Of a stretch of 64,000 nucleotides of DNA, positions 13,636 through 27,121 are shown one piece after another. The translations under genes were made by a program, and so were the position numbers. The notes below the pieces were generated by a model. That model saw only the letters and a program-made list of their open reading frames with translations. It was not told the DNA's origin and did not search any database. Positions within the stretch are counted from its first letter, which is position 1, and every line of letters starts with the position of its first letter. The stretch is from Marsupella aquatica. Lineage: Eukaryota > Plantae > Marchantiophyta. Location of the stretch: the NCBI GenBank assembly GCA_973895155.1, contig OZ316894.1, positions 1,876,457 to 1,940,456 of the forward strand. Reading direction: 5' to 3'.

Positions 13636-13860
13636 ATGACCCCTCCCGCGATTGAACAGACTAACGGATCGGTGAATGGACACGAGAAACCAAGAGCTCC
13701 ACGACGGCATCAGAGTGCTCAAGGTCCTGCAACAATATTGGATATTGGCACGGGGGAACCCGCCAACTGTGTAGAAGACGGTCAAATTCACAGACTTGTA
13801 CTTCACCATTACAAACAGCAACCACGAGACATAGCTGAGACGCAAGATGATTCGAAATGC
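13636..13860 (+). pseudogene. type III polyketide synthase (chalcone/stilbene synthase family) exon-1 remnant
   Basis: MTPPAIEQ...RRHQSAQGPATILDIGTGEPANCVE, then after a frameshift KFTDLYFTITNSNHET*LRRKM. This matches the CHS N-terminus (RAxGPATILAIGTAxPxNCV..YPDYYFRITNSEH.TELKEKF). No exon 2 is visible. Confidence 0.8.
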
Positions 13861-14015
13861 CAGCTCCAGCTATAACGCTTCTCTCAAAATTGAAGTTAAT
13901 TATGTACTTTAGTTTTCAGGTAAGGATCTGGCGAAATTTTGCCATAATTGAAATCGCTGTCACTCACCATCTTGTCTCTTGCAGAATACAACTTTCTACA
14001 GAACTTTATAGAAGC

Positions 14016-15035
14016 TTGGGTGTGATTTGTCACCTTGTGCTCTTAACAACAACTTACGCGGCAAGCTTCAAGGTCTCTCTCAAAGTGAAGCCCTCAATTC
14101 GTCCTCCCAGAGTCTACAAACTATCGGAATGGCTTTTCAAAGTTAGGATGAGTCCATGAGGGTGCACCCTTCCTTTCAAGAAGAAAGTAAAGAAATATCA
14201 CCTTCCTGAACCAATCAGCTCAGGAGAAACCGTCACGTACACATGCATGCACCTACTGTCGAATCAGAATTGTTAATAATGCCCTCCGTCCCACTTTGTT
14301 TCCCGTGATGATCTCACTTCCACTGTCATACTTGTACAGTCTATATGATTGTTAATAATGCCCTCCGTCCCACTTTGTTTCCCGTGATGATCTCACTTCC
14401 ACTGTTATACTTGTACAGTCTATACGATTGTCAATTATGCCCTTTATCCCACTCTGTTTCCCGTGATGATCTCACTTACTCTGTTATACTTGTGTAGTCT
14501 ATATGATTACAATCGGTAGATTTCTAGGAGATTTTCTAAATAGGGAGGTTTATGTTTTAGTAGTTCTGCTTTGCGAACCTTCTAGAACATCTAGAATTAA
14601 AAATTACAACACTGGATGTGCCTTGTCATCACAAAACAAATGGGTTTTTATTTTATTTTGTTGGATGTGCCGTTTCATAACAAACAGTGCGTTTTTCTTT
14701 CATGATCTTAGTTATCTTGTTGGATATGCCTTCAGTTGTCATGATGAACAAATGGGTGTGGTTTGTCACCTTGTGCTCTTAACAACAACTTACGCGCCTT
14801 CAAGGTCTGTCTCAAAAGTGAAGCTCTTTGTCCTCCCAGAGTCTCAAAAATATCCGAATGGCATTTCAATTTGAAGATAAGTCCATGAGGGTGGAACCCA
14901 TTTTTTCAGGAAAAACAAAAATATCACCTGCCTGAACCTTCTCAGCTCAGGAGAAACCGTCAATATATAATAAAAACGTGCGCCTATTAGTGTAGATTAA
15001 CTGTTAATTGTTCCCTCCGTCCCACTTTGCTTCCC
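14016..15035. repeat. local duplication (14016-14240 ~ 14752-14965) enclosing a 79-bp tandem repeat (x3, 14270-14510)
   Basis: gggtgtg.tttgtcaccttgtgctcttaacaacaacttacgcg occurs twice; tgttaataatgccctccgtcccactttgtttcccgtgatgatctcac recurs with a 79-bp period. Confidence 0.85.
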
Positions 15036-18000
15036 AGAATCATCCTCATTTATTTGTCCTAGTTTGTTCCAGGATGTTAAAATTGTTCTTTAAATAAACT
15101 GGTTTGCCCTGGTTTTACAGGGTGAGGTGTAAAGTTGACAGTAAGCAGTAAGTCTCCCAAAGTGCCCATATATGTATATCTTACCCTTGCTCGCACTTAC
15201 AACTGAGTAATTTATATGATTACAATAGGTACGGGAATAGGTAAGATTCTAAGAAATCTTCTAAACATGGGACTGTGGTTTATGTTTTAGAAGTCCTGCA
15301 GTGCGAATATTCTAGAACAACTAATTAAAAGATAAAAATTAAATCAGTCAATGTGCCTTGTCATGACAAACAACTGAATGGGTTAATTCATCTATTTTTT
15401 CATATTGTGGGATATGCCTTTTAATGACAAACAAATGATCTATTTTATTTTATTTTATTTTGTTTGGAAAGTGGAATAATCCTCAAGCAAAACACCCAAA
15501 TAATTCTGAAAACAAAATCATGGGATTATTAAGGGGAACAAGTTGCACCAGTGCATGCACTATCAATCCAAGGTAAGCAACCCAGCCTGGTATAATAGGC
15601 AAAGGTATACATTTTTATAGAAACTAAAAGGTTGGCTATATTCAAAATTAACTCCTATAATAAAGGGTTGCGCCACTTTTTGAAGTGGTCGTCATTCAAA
15701 TTTGGAGAGGCTTTTTGAGTGAAAGAAAAGTGAACTGGAAAAAGAGAAAGGAATAAGAAGAAAATGGTTATATTTTGTGTGAACATGTTTTTCTAAGCAA
15801 GAAAAGTACAAAGTCTTCCCCTTTAATGTCCATGCTACCCCATGCTCCTCCCTCTACCATCCATGCCATACAATGCCCCATGCCATATCATGCAAAGGAA
15901 GTGCTGCATCGTGATCATCAGAGTCATTAAGAAAATAGTGCACACTCTAATCAATGAGACAAAGATAAGTAAAGTAAAATAGTGAAAAAGAAGGAAAAAT
16001 AAAAGGAGGGGGGGGGGGGGAGGATATTAAGGTTTTAAAAGATATAAATTACAAAAACAATTTAAAAAATCATTCTCATTTTGTTTTACTTTGGTGGTGG
16101 TTGTCGCCTCTCTTTGTGTCATGACATCTTTCACTCGACAGTTTTTTTTAACTCAATGAGATCTTTCTAACAAAGATATATTTTGCATCATGATATTTTT
16201 TCAACCACATCTTTAGTACAACGTCATCTATTATGCATTGATGTCTTTCACCATTTGAAATGATATCCGGGATGATATCTTTTAGTAAACTACATGATCT
16301 TTATATTTTACTTAACAAAACCTTTTATTCAACAATATTGTAAATGCAACAATTTACGCAACATCTTTTGTGCAACGGAGACTTGACAACATATATAATT
16401 AACAACATCACTTTACTTATGGACCATTTGTACTTAGCAACAACTTTATATTTAACAACATCTTTTCTCTTAACTACATCTTGAATGGGCATAGTGACAT
16501 CTTTTGTCTCAACGACATCGCAACATGACATCTTTTCTCTTAACTATGTCTTTTCTCTTAACAACATCTTGGGTGACATAACATCTTTTCTCTCAACAAC
16601 ATCTTGGGCGTCCTGACATCTTTTCTCTTAAAGATATCTTGGGCGTCACGGCATCTTTTGTGCAATGCACGGGTATTGAGCTTGTTAAGCTATAATGCAA
16701 AGTTGCACCTTCATCTATTGTGGTCATCTTACAATTTTTACGGGTCTAGTTAGAGACTCATGTAATTCAATCTGGAAATTCTGTGAAAAATACACATCAG
16801 CTCATAACTTCTAAACCATTGGATCTGTGTAATTGGACCATCTAGATTATTTTCATGTGTGAGCACTTGTGTGAACACTCGTGTGGGACAAAACTGAAAT
16901 CTTGATTCTTAACCATTGGATTTTTCTTACTGAAGCATCTAGATGCCTTGCATCATGTGGGAACATTTATATGCATAATCACCAACCTCACCTAAGCTGC
17001 CAACCTCACCTAAGCTGATTTAACCTAGGAGGACTTAAAGGAAAACAATTTTCATTGTGGGAGTGCTATTTAACCCTCTATTTCACTTTATTCTTGAACA
17101 AAAGGGTTTCCCGAGAAAAAATAAGAAAACAATTCAATCAATCTATGAATTGACAATGTGGCATGGAGCAATTTAGAAAGAAAAAAAAAACCTAATAACT
17201 CTTTCCAGGACATGTGAAGGGTTGTGAAGTGAATAACTTTTTTCATATGGATGGACAACCTCAATATTGCTAGTTGTGTTAAGATACATGTGTTGAGAAA
17301 CCAATGTACCTTGACTTAGAGACCTTTGGTTCACCCAGTTTAGGGTGTGTCCATGACCAAAAGAAATAATTTCACTATATATATTAACACCATACATTAA
17401 TTGGCCATAGCTTTGGCAAGTCACAACCTGAGCTCCATGACACAAATGAATACTCTTCTCTCTTCACCCTCCAACTCTTGACCATTGATATCTAGTGTGA
17501 GCACAATGAAGTGTAGGTTCCTCCAAGGTATAGGCTCTCTCCACTAGTTTAACCTCAGAAGCACTTAACCATGGTTAAGTTGTGCCTAGACAGTTAACCT
17601 ATTTAACCACTTGCTGGAGTTAAAGTATCAACAGGTTATTAACCGTTGCTACTCTCAACAATGCTGTAATGGATTGGGCAATTGTAAAAGAACCCTACAC
17701 GTACCCTAATACACCCCGCACCCATTGAGGGCAAAAACAAAAGCTTGATCCCGTGTATTGTTTTTCAAATTTAATGTTAACTATGTTTTCTTCACTTTGT
17801 ACATTATAATCTCCTTTGCATAAATTTGGTATACAATGACATGATGTACGTTTTTTGCATGTGACATCTTTCAAGAAACATCTTTTGAGCAGCTAGCATT
17901 TAATGAAAATTTGTGCGCAAGGACATCTTTTGCACAAAGCAAGATATTGAGCTATCAAAATCTATAAAATATTAATGTTCTTGTGGCTTTTACACTGGTT

Positions 18001-19379
18001 GCCAACATCTTCAACGAACTGAGATCTTTTTACACTGACAAACAATATCTTTAGTTACAGAAGGACATCCTTTTCACAATAACATCTTTAACTTGCACAT
18101 GTCATCCTTACACATACTAGAGATTGTTTAATTTGCACAATGTCATCTTTCACTTAACAACATCTGCTGTGTAACAACATTTCTACACACAATGTCTTTT
18201 GCGCAACAACATCATTTACTTAACAATATATGTTGTTCATGTGGGAGTTCATGCAATGACATCTTTCACGCAAAGATGTTGCACAAATCAAACTTGTAAG
18301 AAAAACTCGGATTTGCTCTCGGAAAAAAAATCTGGGTTGTCCACTTTCAAAATGATGTGAGACATGTATAAATTTTGGTTTTTCTGTGTTTTTCAAAGTA
18401 ACGTCAAGATTAAAAATTAATCCGTGGACCCCCATGTTATTTTAGAGGTTGTTATCTAGAAACTGAAGCCTAGATGGACCTCCAAATCTAATGGAAAAAA
18501 TTCAAAAATGGACAAGTCAATGTTTGACACTTGAAATAGTTGCCAAACTTACCAAGGCAACCATAATTAACATCAATCACAAAACCAGCTGCAATGTGAA
18601 CTAGTGTTTAATGTGAGGGTAATGTAATTGCCCACTTTAGCAAAACGATGCTCGATGGTTTCCTCCACGGTACCAAAGGGATGTTGGATGCACTCAAGTT
18701 GCATTGAAAGTAATTATCACTTTTCAATTCCTACACGCAGATAGACAAAAAGAGAGAAGTCATTGGTTTAGGGTCACAAACCCTTTTATGACTTTAGTAA
18801 AACTTTGCATAAATTATGACCCTAAACCAATGACTTTTGCATCACTAACTTTGCATAATTGTTTAAGACAAAAAATTTCATGGAAACAAATCTCTAATTG
18901 TGGAATTCAGATTGGATCGAAAGCTAGAGAAATTTAGAAACTCATGACCACTTTAGTACTTAATAAAATCTCCCAATGTCACACTCATTAGATAGCTAGA
19001 GAACTTTGGAAACTTATAATCTCCTCATAACTCAACTAAATCTATCAATGTTAAGTTCATTAAAAAGCTAAAGAAATTCTAACATTCATAATCTCCTTAG
19101 TACTTGATAAAATCTGTCAATTTTAGGTTCATTCTCATCGAAGGGGTCAACATTACAGGGGTTGTACAACATTGATTTTTATTCACGTTAGAGATTACAA
19201 AATCACGAGTAAAATCTATTTTTCAAATTACTTACTCAATTCTTATTGAATGGTGACAATGCTAAGCTCATTAGGACCGTCTCTTCAAGATCTTTCCAAC
19301 GCCATATTATACGTGAGTTTTCATTATGATTTGACTTAGCAATGTCAAATCAAAAATTTATGTCGGGAAAATTTTATGT

Positions 19380-19632
19380 TTTGAATAACATCAAGACCGA
19401 CACTGGGAGCAATTTTACCTCAATCTTTTTGTCTTTTGATTTATATGTCAGTTGTTTTACATTCTTTTTCACGGCATGGCATCCCAGTTTTTACAACAAA
19501 GTTGTCACAAACACGGATGCAAAAGTTAATTTTATCCAAAAACAAGTATTGTTCTGTTTGGAGCATGCCATGATGATGTGGCGCGCTGTGAAGCCAGGAA
19601 TTTTAGAAAGGACCCCTAATGGGGGTCCGTAA
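19380..19632 (+). repeat. dispersed repeat ending in a GGACCCC-TAAT-GGGGGTCC hairpin; copies at 59410-59655 and 59035-59255
   Basis: About 250 bp is collinear between 19380-19632 and 59410-59655, and the similarity stops just after the hairpin. Confidence 0.75.
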
Positions 19633-20056
19633 TAATTCCTAAACTTTCTGTAATTTTTATTCAAAGAACATTCAGAATTTTTAGAATTTTTTTATTAAAA
19701 TGAATGCTGGATAGTTTGGTTATAAACTAAAAAAACTTATATAATTTGGTTTTCATCAAACTTTTTCATACCAAAATATTCAAGTTATATTTTTGAGTTA
19801 AGAGCTACTATAAGAGTTGAGTAACAGGAAAGTAACATTTCATGGTAGGTTGGATAAAGCGATTATAAAGAATTAAAAATTTGCCTTATAAAAAGCAAGG
19901 TTGTTGCACTGTGCAGATGAGTTTGATCAGTTTACGGGTTTGATCAATCATGCTCATTGTCTCGAGAGTATTGAAGTTTTTTAGTGTTCTCTAAGAGACC
20001 TCAGACCGTTCCTGATCGACATCCAGTCGGCAGTAAGCTTTAGTAACAGGATTGTC

Positions 20057-22858
20057 ATGGAAAATTTTCAGTTTCATTTCCGTGGGCAGAAGATAGACTT
20101 GCGGGGGGTGTTTCTGTCTTCTGCCATAGCAGTTTCGGTGGTGCTGGTAATCCACTACAAACTGAAAGGCCGACGTAGAAGCCTGGAAAATGATCGTCGA
20201 TTGCCTCCTGGACCCCGTCCATGGCCCATCATCGGGAATCTGGGGCTACTGGGACGTCTTCCTCATCTGGACTTTGCCAAGCTTGCGAAGGAGTATGGAC
20301 CTATCGTTTACTTGCGCCTGGGCACGGTCCCCACTCTCGTCGTCTCTTCCCCCAAAATCGCTGAAGTGATCCTCAAAACAAAGGACCATATCTTTGCCTC
20401 AAGACCAAACTTCGTTCAGGGCGTAATTATGGGGTACAATAGGCACACTATAGGCAGCGCGAGTCACGGACCGTACTGGCGGTACGCGCGTAAGATGATC
20501 ACTGTGGAATTGCTGAACGACAAACGACTCCAACAGTTTCAGGTACATAGCTCTTGGCTACGACATCAGCTTTAATTTCACGTCCATGGTTCACTGGACT
20601 GGCAAATCTGTCACGTTGGGTTTTTATAATTTGAGACCTTCTATTTTCATTTCCTTGCTCTGTGAAATACGTTCGTTCTAGAACTCTGAAGTTTTATTGG
20701 CTGCGGTTCATTTTGACGTCTGTTGTGCTAATGCTAGTCTGTAAAATAAATTATGTGATCTGCCGTCATTCGTTGGAATCGATGACTTTGCTTTGGTCAC
20801 TTCTGGCATAAGAGAAGAGAAGAGAAAAGTTTAGTTATGTACATTCATTTGGCTACATGTCTTTTGGGGGAATAGAAATGGTAATGTACAACAGTGTAGA
20901 GTGCCTACAGCTAACCTGCTAAGTCTCTGTTATTCTGTCCAGAGCCTGCGGAAAAAGCTGGTCATGCGTACTCTACAATCTATACTTGAAGAATGCAAAA
21001 TGGGAAAAGATGTGAATTTACACATAAAATTCGGGCTGATGACAAAGAACAACATCACTCAAATGATGATCAAAGAGAGCTTCTTCGGGCCCAATTCAAG
21101 CGCATCCAATATGAAAGAAGCTGCCGAGTACGATGAAGTCATAAATGATCTCGCCCGGTTGATGGGCGTTTTCGACTACGCAGATTACGTCCCATTGCTT
21201 CAGAATTTTGATCTACAAGGCTACCAAAAGAAAATGCAAAAAGTGCAACGAACGAACGACGTCTTCATTGATAAAGTAATCGACGAGCATCGGCAGGTAG
21301 CTAGTTCCAAGTCCTCTCGGGAGCTCACCAAGAGTGACCGGCAGGATTTTATCGATGTGCTGCTGACTCGTCCCAGCGAAGTCGATGACAAGCCTCTTAC
21401 AGAAGATCAAATCAGGGCCATCTTGCTGGTACAGTGAATCAATCGATTCAAATCACCACTATACTCACCGGTACCTCTATAATTCAGTTGGCGATAACAT
21501 ATTTCGCGCTGAACAATATATATGTCACAATGCTTACTCCATTGTTTGCCTATATTTATCCATCCTTCAAGGTGCTCGCAAACTTTCGTTTCTGTCTAAT
21601 TGTGTGCAAGATTCATATATAGTGTACCTCCTCACCAAAGATAAGTTACTTAACGAATGATCGATTGTAGGCGTGATTATGTAGATGGCAGGGGCAAGCT
21701 TGCATTCATATACGTACGGTAAACTTTACATAACCAACGCAAGCGAGTTAATATATGGCAGTACGTTGAGGCTTTCAGAAACTTACTCCCAATGCAAGAT
21801 CATTACTGCTGCTAATGATCCTGGTCGAAACTCCAGGGAGCTATGCACTTCTTTGCTCTCATCAAAACAAGATCGACTCCATAGGCGGTCGGGTTGAAGT
21901 GGTTCATATATGGCTGAAGCTTCTCATCGGGATAAGCCATGGGTTTATGGTTTAGAGTCGGGTAGAAACTGTCTCATGGCTGGTTGGAGGGCGGAGTATT
22001 TCACCGAGAGGCGTTGAAAGTATTTCATGTCCAGAAGAGGGTGCCCTCAAAGCTTGTGTACAATTATTAAATGAACACAATTTGTGTGGTCTTAAGTCGA
22101 AGGAATTAATGTAGTTCGGGGAAATTAATTAATTATGCAGTCCAGGATTGAGCTGATGCGTTGTTGATGTCCAATCATGCATCTAAAGTTTGCCTGTGGA
22201 AGTGCAGGGCTCCGTCGTGGCAGGGACGGTCACGTCAAATAATACTCTGGAGTGGGCAATGACGGAGCTTTTGAAACACCCGGCGGTTCTGAAAAGAGCC
22301 CGAGAGGAGCTGGATACCGTCGTGGGGTCAAACCGACTTGCGCAGGAGACCGACATTCCCAACCTTAAGTACCTTCGCGCTGTAGTAAAGGAGATCTTTC
22401 GGCTGCACCCCGTCCTTCCAATCCTGCTTCCCCACTATAGCATGGAATCATGTGAGGTAGCCGGGTACCACATACCGGTTAATTGTCAAGTGTTCGTCAA
22501 CGTCTGGGCTATTGGGAGGGACCCTGAAGTTTGGGAACGTCCTTTGGAATTTGATCCGGAGAGGTTCTTGAAGAACAATATGGATACCCTTGGGTTGGAC
22601 TTCGAGCTCCTACCTTTCGGCTCAGGCAGGAGAAGCTGCCCAGGAAGAGGCATCGGCCTCCTCATGGTGGAGTACACACTGGCGGTGCTACTTCACGCTT
22701 GCAACTGGCAACTTCCTCCAGGAGTCAGCCCCAAGGATGTCGACCTTGGAGAGGCGGAGGGATTGACTTGTCCTAAAGCTATTTCTCTTGAAGCGACCGC
22801 ATCTCCGCGCCTGCCCGTTGAGACCATCTATGGTGACAACATTTACCCCTCCTACTAA
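20057..22858 (+). CDS. cytochrome P450, CYP71 clan, copy 2; exons 20057-20542, 20943-21428, 22208-22858 (~540 aa)
   Basis: Same exon structure as copy 1 and a near-identical protein: AGTVTS, KEIFRLHP, DPERF, PFGSGRRSCPG. Confidence 0.95.
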
Positions 22859-24958
22859 GGTCTCTTGAACCAGGGGCTACGCTACTCGCATGGATACTTC
22901 TATACAATCTCAATATATGGCACATGGTTTTCCATAGCTAGAGCCATGTAAATCATGAGGCGAGATTTCTTCGGGATCGCTGATAATTAGAACAGTAGTG
23001 GAAAGCAAAATTATAATATAGTGAGTATAGAAGGAATGGCTACCAAGTGCATTGGTGGACAACAATATAAGAATGATGCTGACGAGAGTAACTATGTGCC
23101 TGGCCTTTGTAGGAGAATGCTTGCTTATAACAACGTAGTATATAATTTATTTATTGTCGAAAGACGTGTTAGTAACTTGGACGTGATGTCTTTTCTCTAA
23201 CGACGTGTTGGTACTAGGAAGTGTAGGTTGGATGTCTGAGTAATTTGGATGTGTAACTTGGATGAGTGCATTCAGCGCTAGTTGAGTGCAGATGCAAACC
23301 TCTTGCCTTCAATTTAGGATAGAAGGTACTCTACTCAAGACTTCAAACATTGCTGTGGGTAGCAAGACGCACTCGTAATGATTTATTTTAGGGTCCATTT
23401 GTCGCTCAATTCATGCTCCTTCACACCAAGTCTCATTTTTTGCTATCACCTCTTGCTCCATCTTGTCTGCCCGGAGCACCGGCCATTGCGCCAGGATTCT
23501 TCCTCCGGTTAAAAAATTCCTTGCATGAGCAAAATTTTTGCTCACATGACCCTTAATTTTTCTATATATCCAAGTGCCCCTGGCTAACAAGAACTTGCAG
23601 GGTTGATAACATACATTTTGAGATTCATCTTAACATACATTTTTGGGACTCATCTTTTTGCTGGCTACCCATCTGGAGTTAAAAAAAACACAAAAAATAG
23701 AAAAGGCAGGAAAAAGCAAAAAAATAATTAAAACTAGTATCTCCCTAACAACACTCTCCTTAATAACCAAAATTCATGTTTGCTTGCATTATACAACACC
23801 TCCTTCAGTTGACACTCTCAGATGTCACTCTCCTGGTTAAAGGCTATTCACCCTTCTTAGAGCCAACTTGCATGCATGTCATCCGCCGTTTACATTTTGG
23901 CCCTAAACCTGACTGAAGGGCAGCATACAAATGGCTTAGAGCATCCCCACTGGATATGCTAAACAGTAGTCTGGGGGCTTTTTCGTGTACTTGTTGGTGT
24001 AAAATGTGTTACTTTTCCATTTGCCACCCGGGCCTTCGCAAAAACAAAAGCACCATTTTAAATCACCACTTTTGGGGACCCGTGCAGCATTGCTGCCGAG
24101 TTTGGCAGTGCGGGGGGTTGACCCGCTCAAAATCGCCAAATACATCTGGCCGACAGCCTTCAGGGCTCAATTGGAATTTAACATGTGGTCGGCCAGAGGG
24201 TGAGTTAATTTGCACTTCACAGTTTGGTGGTATGAGAACCTTTGACTGCAGCCAGTGTCCTGAGTGGCTTGTTGATGATGAGAGAGTGCACAGAATAGTT
24301 TTCATATAATATCCAGTTCTCCCTATCTCCAATCCACAATTTTGTGATAAGGACAACACTAGTACGGGGCTCCCACTGGATATACTTGTAAAAACCAATT
24401 TAGTGCCTGAAGAGAAAAATAGAGGAGAATGGGGAGAAGTTGAAGCACCTGCCTTCTCAACTTCATCATTTGTGATCCCCTTTGTGGTCACAGGTATTGG
24501 GCGGTCCCTTGTAGGCCCAATGTCTGGCAATTCCTCCTAATCAGCGACAAAGGGTGCTTACGTACAATGGCATCATCACTAGTAGCTACATCTTCAGTAG
24601 CCTTCCAATGTGCGTACGTCCAAGGTCGATGATGTGAGTTTATTCTCTGGATTGTCTCCACCAGGCAAGGGATTTGTTGGACGGTCGATCGATCTCATTT
24701 TGACCCATATCATTGGGATGAAGTGGAGGTAAATCCCCACCACTATACCTGCCCCGGTACCCGCCACTGTAGGAAGTAAGCTAGATCCACTACTTTTGTT
24801 CCACTATCATCTAGATTTCTGGTCATCCCATCCTATGGATCATGACATAGTTCGCCTTCAACATCATCCTCATCATTCTTCACCCAGATACACATCTTCC
24901 TTGACAACTCCTTGACAACTCCTTGACATCTTCCTTGACAACTCCTTCACCAAGGCTC

Positions 24959-25910
24959 GGGGGTCTCACTATATGGGGACCTCCCCATCACCTCCGACGT
25001 TTTTAGGCCTCGGACCCCCTAAAATGTAAGAAAAAATTATTATTTTTTAACCCCTATAAAGTTAGAATATTCTTGGAATATTCCAAAAATTGAATTTAAA
25101 AGACCCTATTGTTCTTATACAAAAATTCTTAAGTCTTCCCTTACAACCAATAAAATGACCCTATCCTTCGTCGCACGTGATATGCCATTTTTGTGGAAGT
25201 GAAACCCCCGAGCACCAAGCCCACCAATACCAGCACCAGTTGTCCAAATATGCTCAAGCATTATTGAAGGAAATCAATCATGTCGCAGAGAACCCATTCG
25301 CATGCTTGGGTGAAGCTATAATCTTCCATGGTGTCCAAAAACCCCGCCAAAAATACAAAGTGATCTCTTTAAGACGGGCTTTAAGACAACAAGGACATCT
25401 TTCAAACCTGCCTGTATAGAGAAGTGGTTGGACGAAAGGTTGGATGTATTAAAACACTAGATGGTGCTCAAAGTTAATGTGTAAATTATTGAATTACAAA
25501 AAATTCAAATTGACACCAAGTCCAGTTTTTGCATCGGGCCCCCCATCCTTTGAAGAGCAACTACATGGTGGCATCAATTCCTCACGGGGGGTCACCTCCA
25601 CGGAAGTGGCACATCACGTGCGACGAAGTATAGGCCCATTTAAATGGGTGTGGCGGAAGACTTCCAAAGTTTGGTAGAAGAACACATAGGGCATGTTTTA
25701 TTGACTGGTCGACTTTAAAGAACACATAGGCCTATTTAATTGCAAAAAATACTTTCTTTAAAGTTTTTAGGGGTTTTTTAATAAAAAATGACAAAATTTA
25801 AAGAAAGCAAGGGCTTTGCAAAAAAATGTTTTTTGAACACTTATAAATTAGGGGGGGTCAAACCCTAAAATGTCGCACGCAATGTATGGCCCTCCATATA
25901 GTGACCCCCC
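24959..25910. mobile_element. non-autonomous TIR element (MITE-like); second copy of its left end at ~55853-56125
   Basis: Left end gggggtctcactatatggggacc...cgacgtttttaggcctcggaccccc versus right end ggggggtcaaaccctaaaatgtcg...ccctccatatagtgacccccc form an imperfect ~60-bp TIR. No clear TSD. Confidence 0.65.
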
Positions 25911-26649
25911 AAGATCAATTCCAACTGAAGATAGTAAACCCGACTGTAAACTGTTCTTACTAGGTGATCATACAATAGATGAATTTGGGCATTTCAGCGT
26001 TGGGAATTGAGCCCCCTCAACCCTCAGTCTTAATTAATATGCAGAGTATGTGCAAACTCTTGAAGACTAGGTTTTAATCATTTTAAACTAGTATATATAA
26101 TAATCATCAGTAAGAAGGCAACCTTTTATAGAAAAATGGCAATAACAATGGGTGAAAGGAAATGATACGGTCACTATTGTAGGGGGTTTATTGATTTTAC
26201 TTGGAGTGAGGGCCTAGGGAAGCTAGCTTTACTCGGTTCCTAGTGAGTTTGATAAGAATCTAGACTTTATCTCTATATTACACATATTTATTATTTTACA
26301 GACCAAAATTGTGTTGTAACATCTCTAACTTCCATCAATGATTTTGTTGGCTTTGACTCAGGAAGTGTTGCTATGAAGGAAGGATTTGACCCAGGTAAAC
26401 AATTATTGGATCTAAATATGGTGCCACATTAAGAATGATAATGATCTATTTTTTTCCCTAGGAGGATTGCCCCATGATAGTCCCTCTCTACTTTGTTGTA
26501 ACAGTTCGTTATATGGACTAAAGAAATCTAATCTCAAATATTGAGAGTTTTCTTTGATAGTTATAATATCCTAAACTTTGAGTCACATTGACTAAGCTTC
26601 TTTAAAATTTTCAGACTTCACTATGATATCCCACTCTCCGATCCGATGA

Positions 26650-27121
26650 AAGCTCCTTGTTATTGACCTTAACAAGATTTGTTGGGATTTGGTTAAGACC
26701 AATGCCTAGGACAATTGCAGAAGTCCACAAGTTTATGTGGTGTGCATTGGGGGAGACATGGAAAGTTTATTTTCATGTATGTGGAACGACCCCACAAATT
26801 TTCTATAATTATGCAGCTTTCGCAAGTTTTGACGTTGCAATTTGGACTTGTGCAAGGAGGTCAAAAACAATGCCTACATTAGGCATAATGAAGCTGGAGC
26901 AACAGAAGTTCAAAATTGTTTTTATACAAACAGCTACCTTTGATAGTTGCATGCAGAGGCCAGATATAACAAATGAGAACGTCAATTTCCCGGGGTCAAT
27001 TTACTTCTTAATAACTTGCAAACCATTTGGAATCATTTTCCTGAAAAAATATGATGCTTCTAATACAGAAATTATTGACTATTCTCCAATGAAGGCATTT
27101 CTGAATTATGATGTGAATTGA
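26650..27121 (+). pseudogene. degenerate NIF/FCP1-like (CTD phosphatase-type HAD) domain
   Basis: KLLVIDLN at ~26650, then in a shifted frame LRP, FDVAIWT and YDASNTEIIDYSPMKAFLN. These resemble the NIF motifs KLLVLDLN, RP, FDVAVWS and YDxSNTLLIDDSPYKA. The sequence is frameshifted. Confidence 0.55.

Noticed and set aside
23936-24900. ORFs 23956-24309 and 24063-24530
   Set aside because: No recognisable domain or splice structure; probably TE debris.
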